A stretch of DNA of 63,576 nt, the filler included, from Hyphochytrium catenoides (lineage: Eukaryota; Protista; Hyphochytriomycota): NCBI GenBank assembly GCA_900088475.1. It is 13 parts of 13 records of this genome, joined end to end, with 100 filler letters (N's around TTAATTAATTAA, not from the genome) between each part and the next. Parts side by side here need not be neighbours in the genome. Positions count along the whole stretch, not along the records: positions 62,447 to 63,576 come from FLMG01001677.1; 12 more parts are not named here. One strand, 5' to 3'. Below, piece after piece: positions 62,754 through 63,576 of the stretch. The translations under genes and the position numbers were made by a program. The notes beneath the pieces are model-generated. The model was not told where the DNA came from. It saw only the letters and a list, made by a program, of their open reading frames with translations, and searched no databases. Within the stretch, counting starts at the first letter, position 1, and every line of letters starts with the position of its first letter.

Positions 62754-63576
62754 CTTCTCTGTCTGCTGTCTCCTTACAGAAGTCTGTCTGTCCTAAGTCG
62801 ATCCCTAGCATAGACTTTCTTCGCCTCACTTCTTCTTGTTCCCCGACCCTTCCCTCACGTTTCAATCTTTTTATTCCCTCTCTCTCTCTTTTCCGATCCC
62901 TCTCGTTCTTTCTCTCCTCCGTCCCTCTGTCTGACTGTAGGTGCCTAGGACTAAATTTCACTATTGCCAGCTACAAAGTGCCGTGCCTTCTTCTTCCGTC
63001 TCTTGGCTCCTGCTTCGTTCCACAGTTCTATCCTTTGCTTCTTTCTCTCAATAAAATGGCCATTTAAGGGTGATCAGAGGTCTGCCTAGTATTTGTGTGA
63101 GAGAGTGGAGGAAAGGTAACTATACGCTTGAATCCCATCCTAAAGCGAAGCCTCCGGAAGAGAATACTAAAGAGAGGCGAAATGGGAAGGAAGAAGAGAC
63201 AGCCCCTAAGCGAGAGAAAGAGACCGTGAGAACAAAAATGAGAGGTGGAAAGAGCGACGGAGGAGAGAGCAGAAGAGAGAGAGAGAGGAGAGAGAGAAGA
63301 CTTAAAAGATATTCATATTGATGAGCTAATTTTTCCTTCTTGGTTTCATGTTCTCTTCACCCTCTTTTCTCTCTCTCGCACATATCTTACTTCGCTTGTT
63401 GCTGCTGAGCTGCTGAGCTGCGCGCACATCTCCTTCACTCTGCACTGCATCTTAGTTGGGGAACAGGCTCTAAGCTGGCCAGTGGAACGTGGGGGAGAGA
63501 CCCGGAAACCAGCAGTGAAGAGCAACGCAGATTGGCGAGGAGAACGAAGAAGGAATCATTGAGTCCGGATAAAGAA

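Overview
Eukaryotic draft-genome window, probably a stramenopile protist (inferred from the RPS3/GSII sequence style, a CryptonS-like relic, EGF-7TM and TM-RGS genes; not proven). It is about 13 contigs joined by artificial N-TTAATTAATTAA-N linkers, so adjacency across linkers is not biological. Genes have short GT-AG introns and the intergenic DNA is full of (GA/CT)n microsatellites and decayed transposons. Supported genes: a 15-exon Dicer (N-terminal dsRBD, degenerate helicase remnant, platform, PAZ, two intact RNase III domains, C-terminal dsRBD), glutamine synthetase II, an intronless bacterial-type tandem GNAT, sterol 3-beta-glucosyltransferase, an EGF-like+7TM protein, a CaMKK-like kinase fragment, a secreted 6-Cys prepropeptide, a TM-RGS protein fragment, two tandem SUT/SLC45 transporters, a tesmin/CXC protein and RPS3. 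The most striking unexplained feature is a ~1-kb non-coding locus (39376-40361) of three interleaved imperfect inverted repeats (about 60-115 bp arms) plus many local hairpins, a candidate large structured or bistable RNA or small-RNA precursor. A perfect 30-bp inverted repeat also lies just upstream of Dicer. All alignments and exon models were made by eye.
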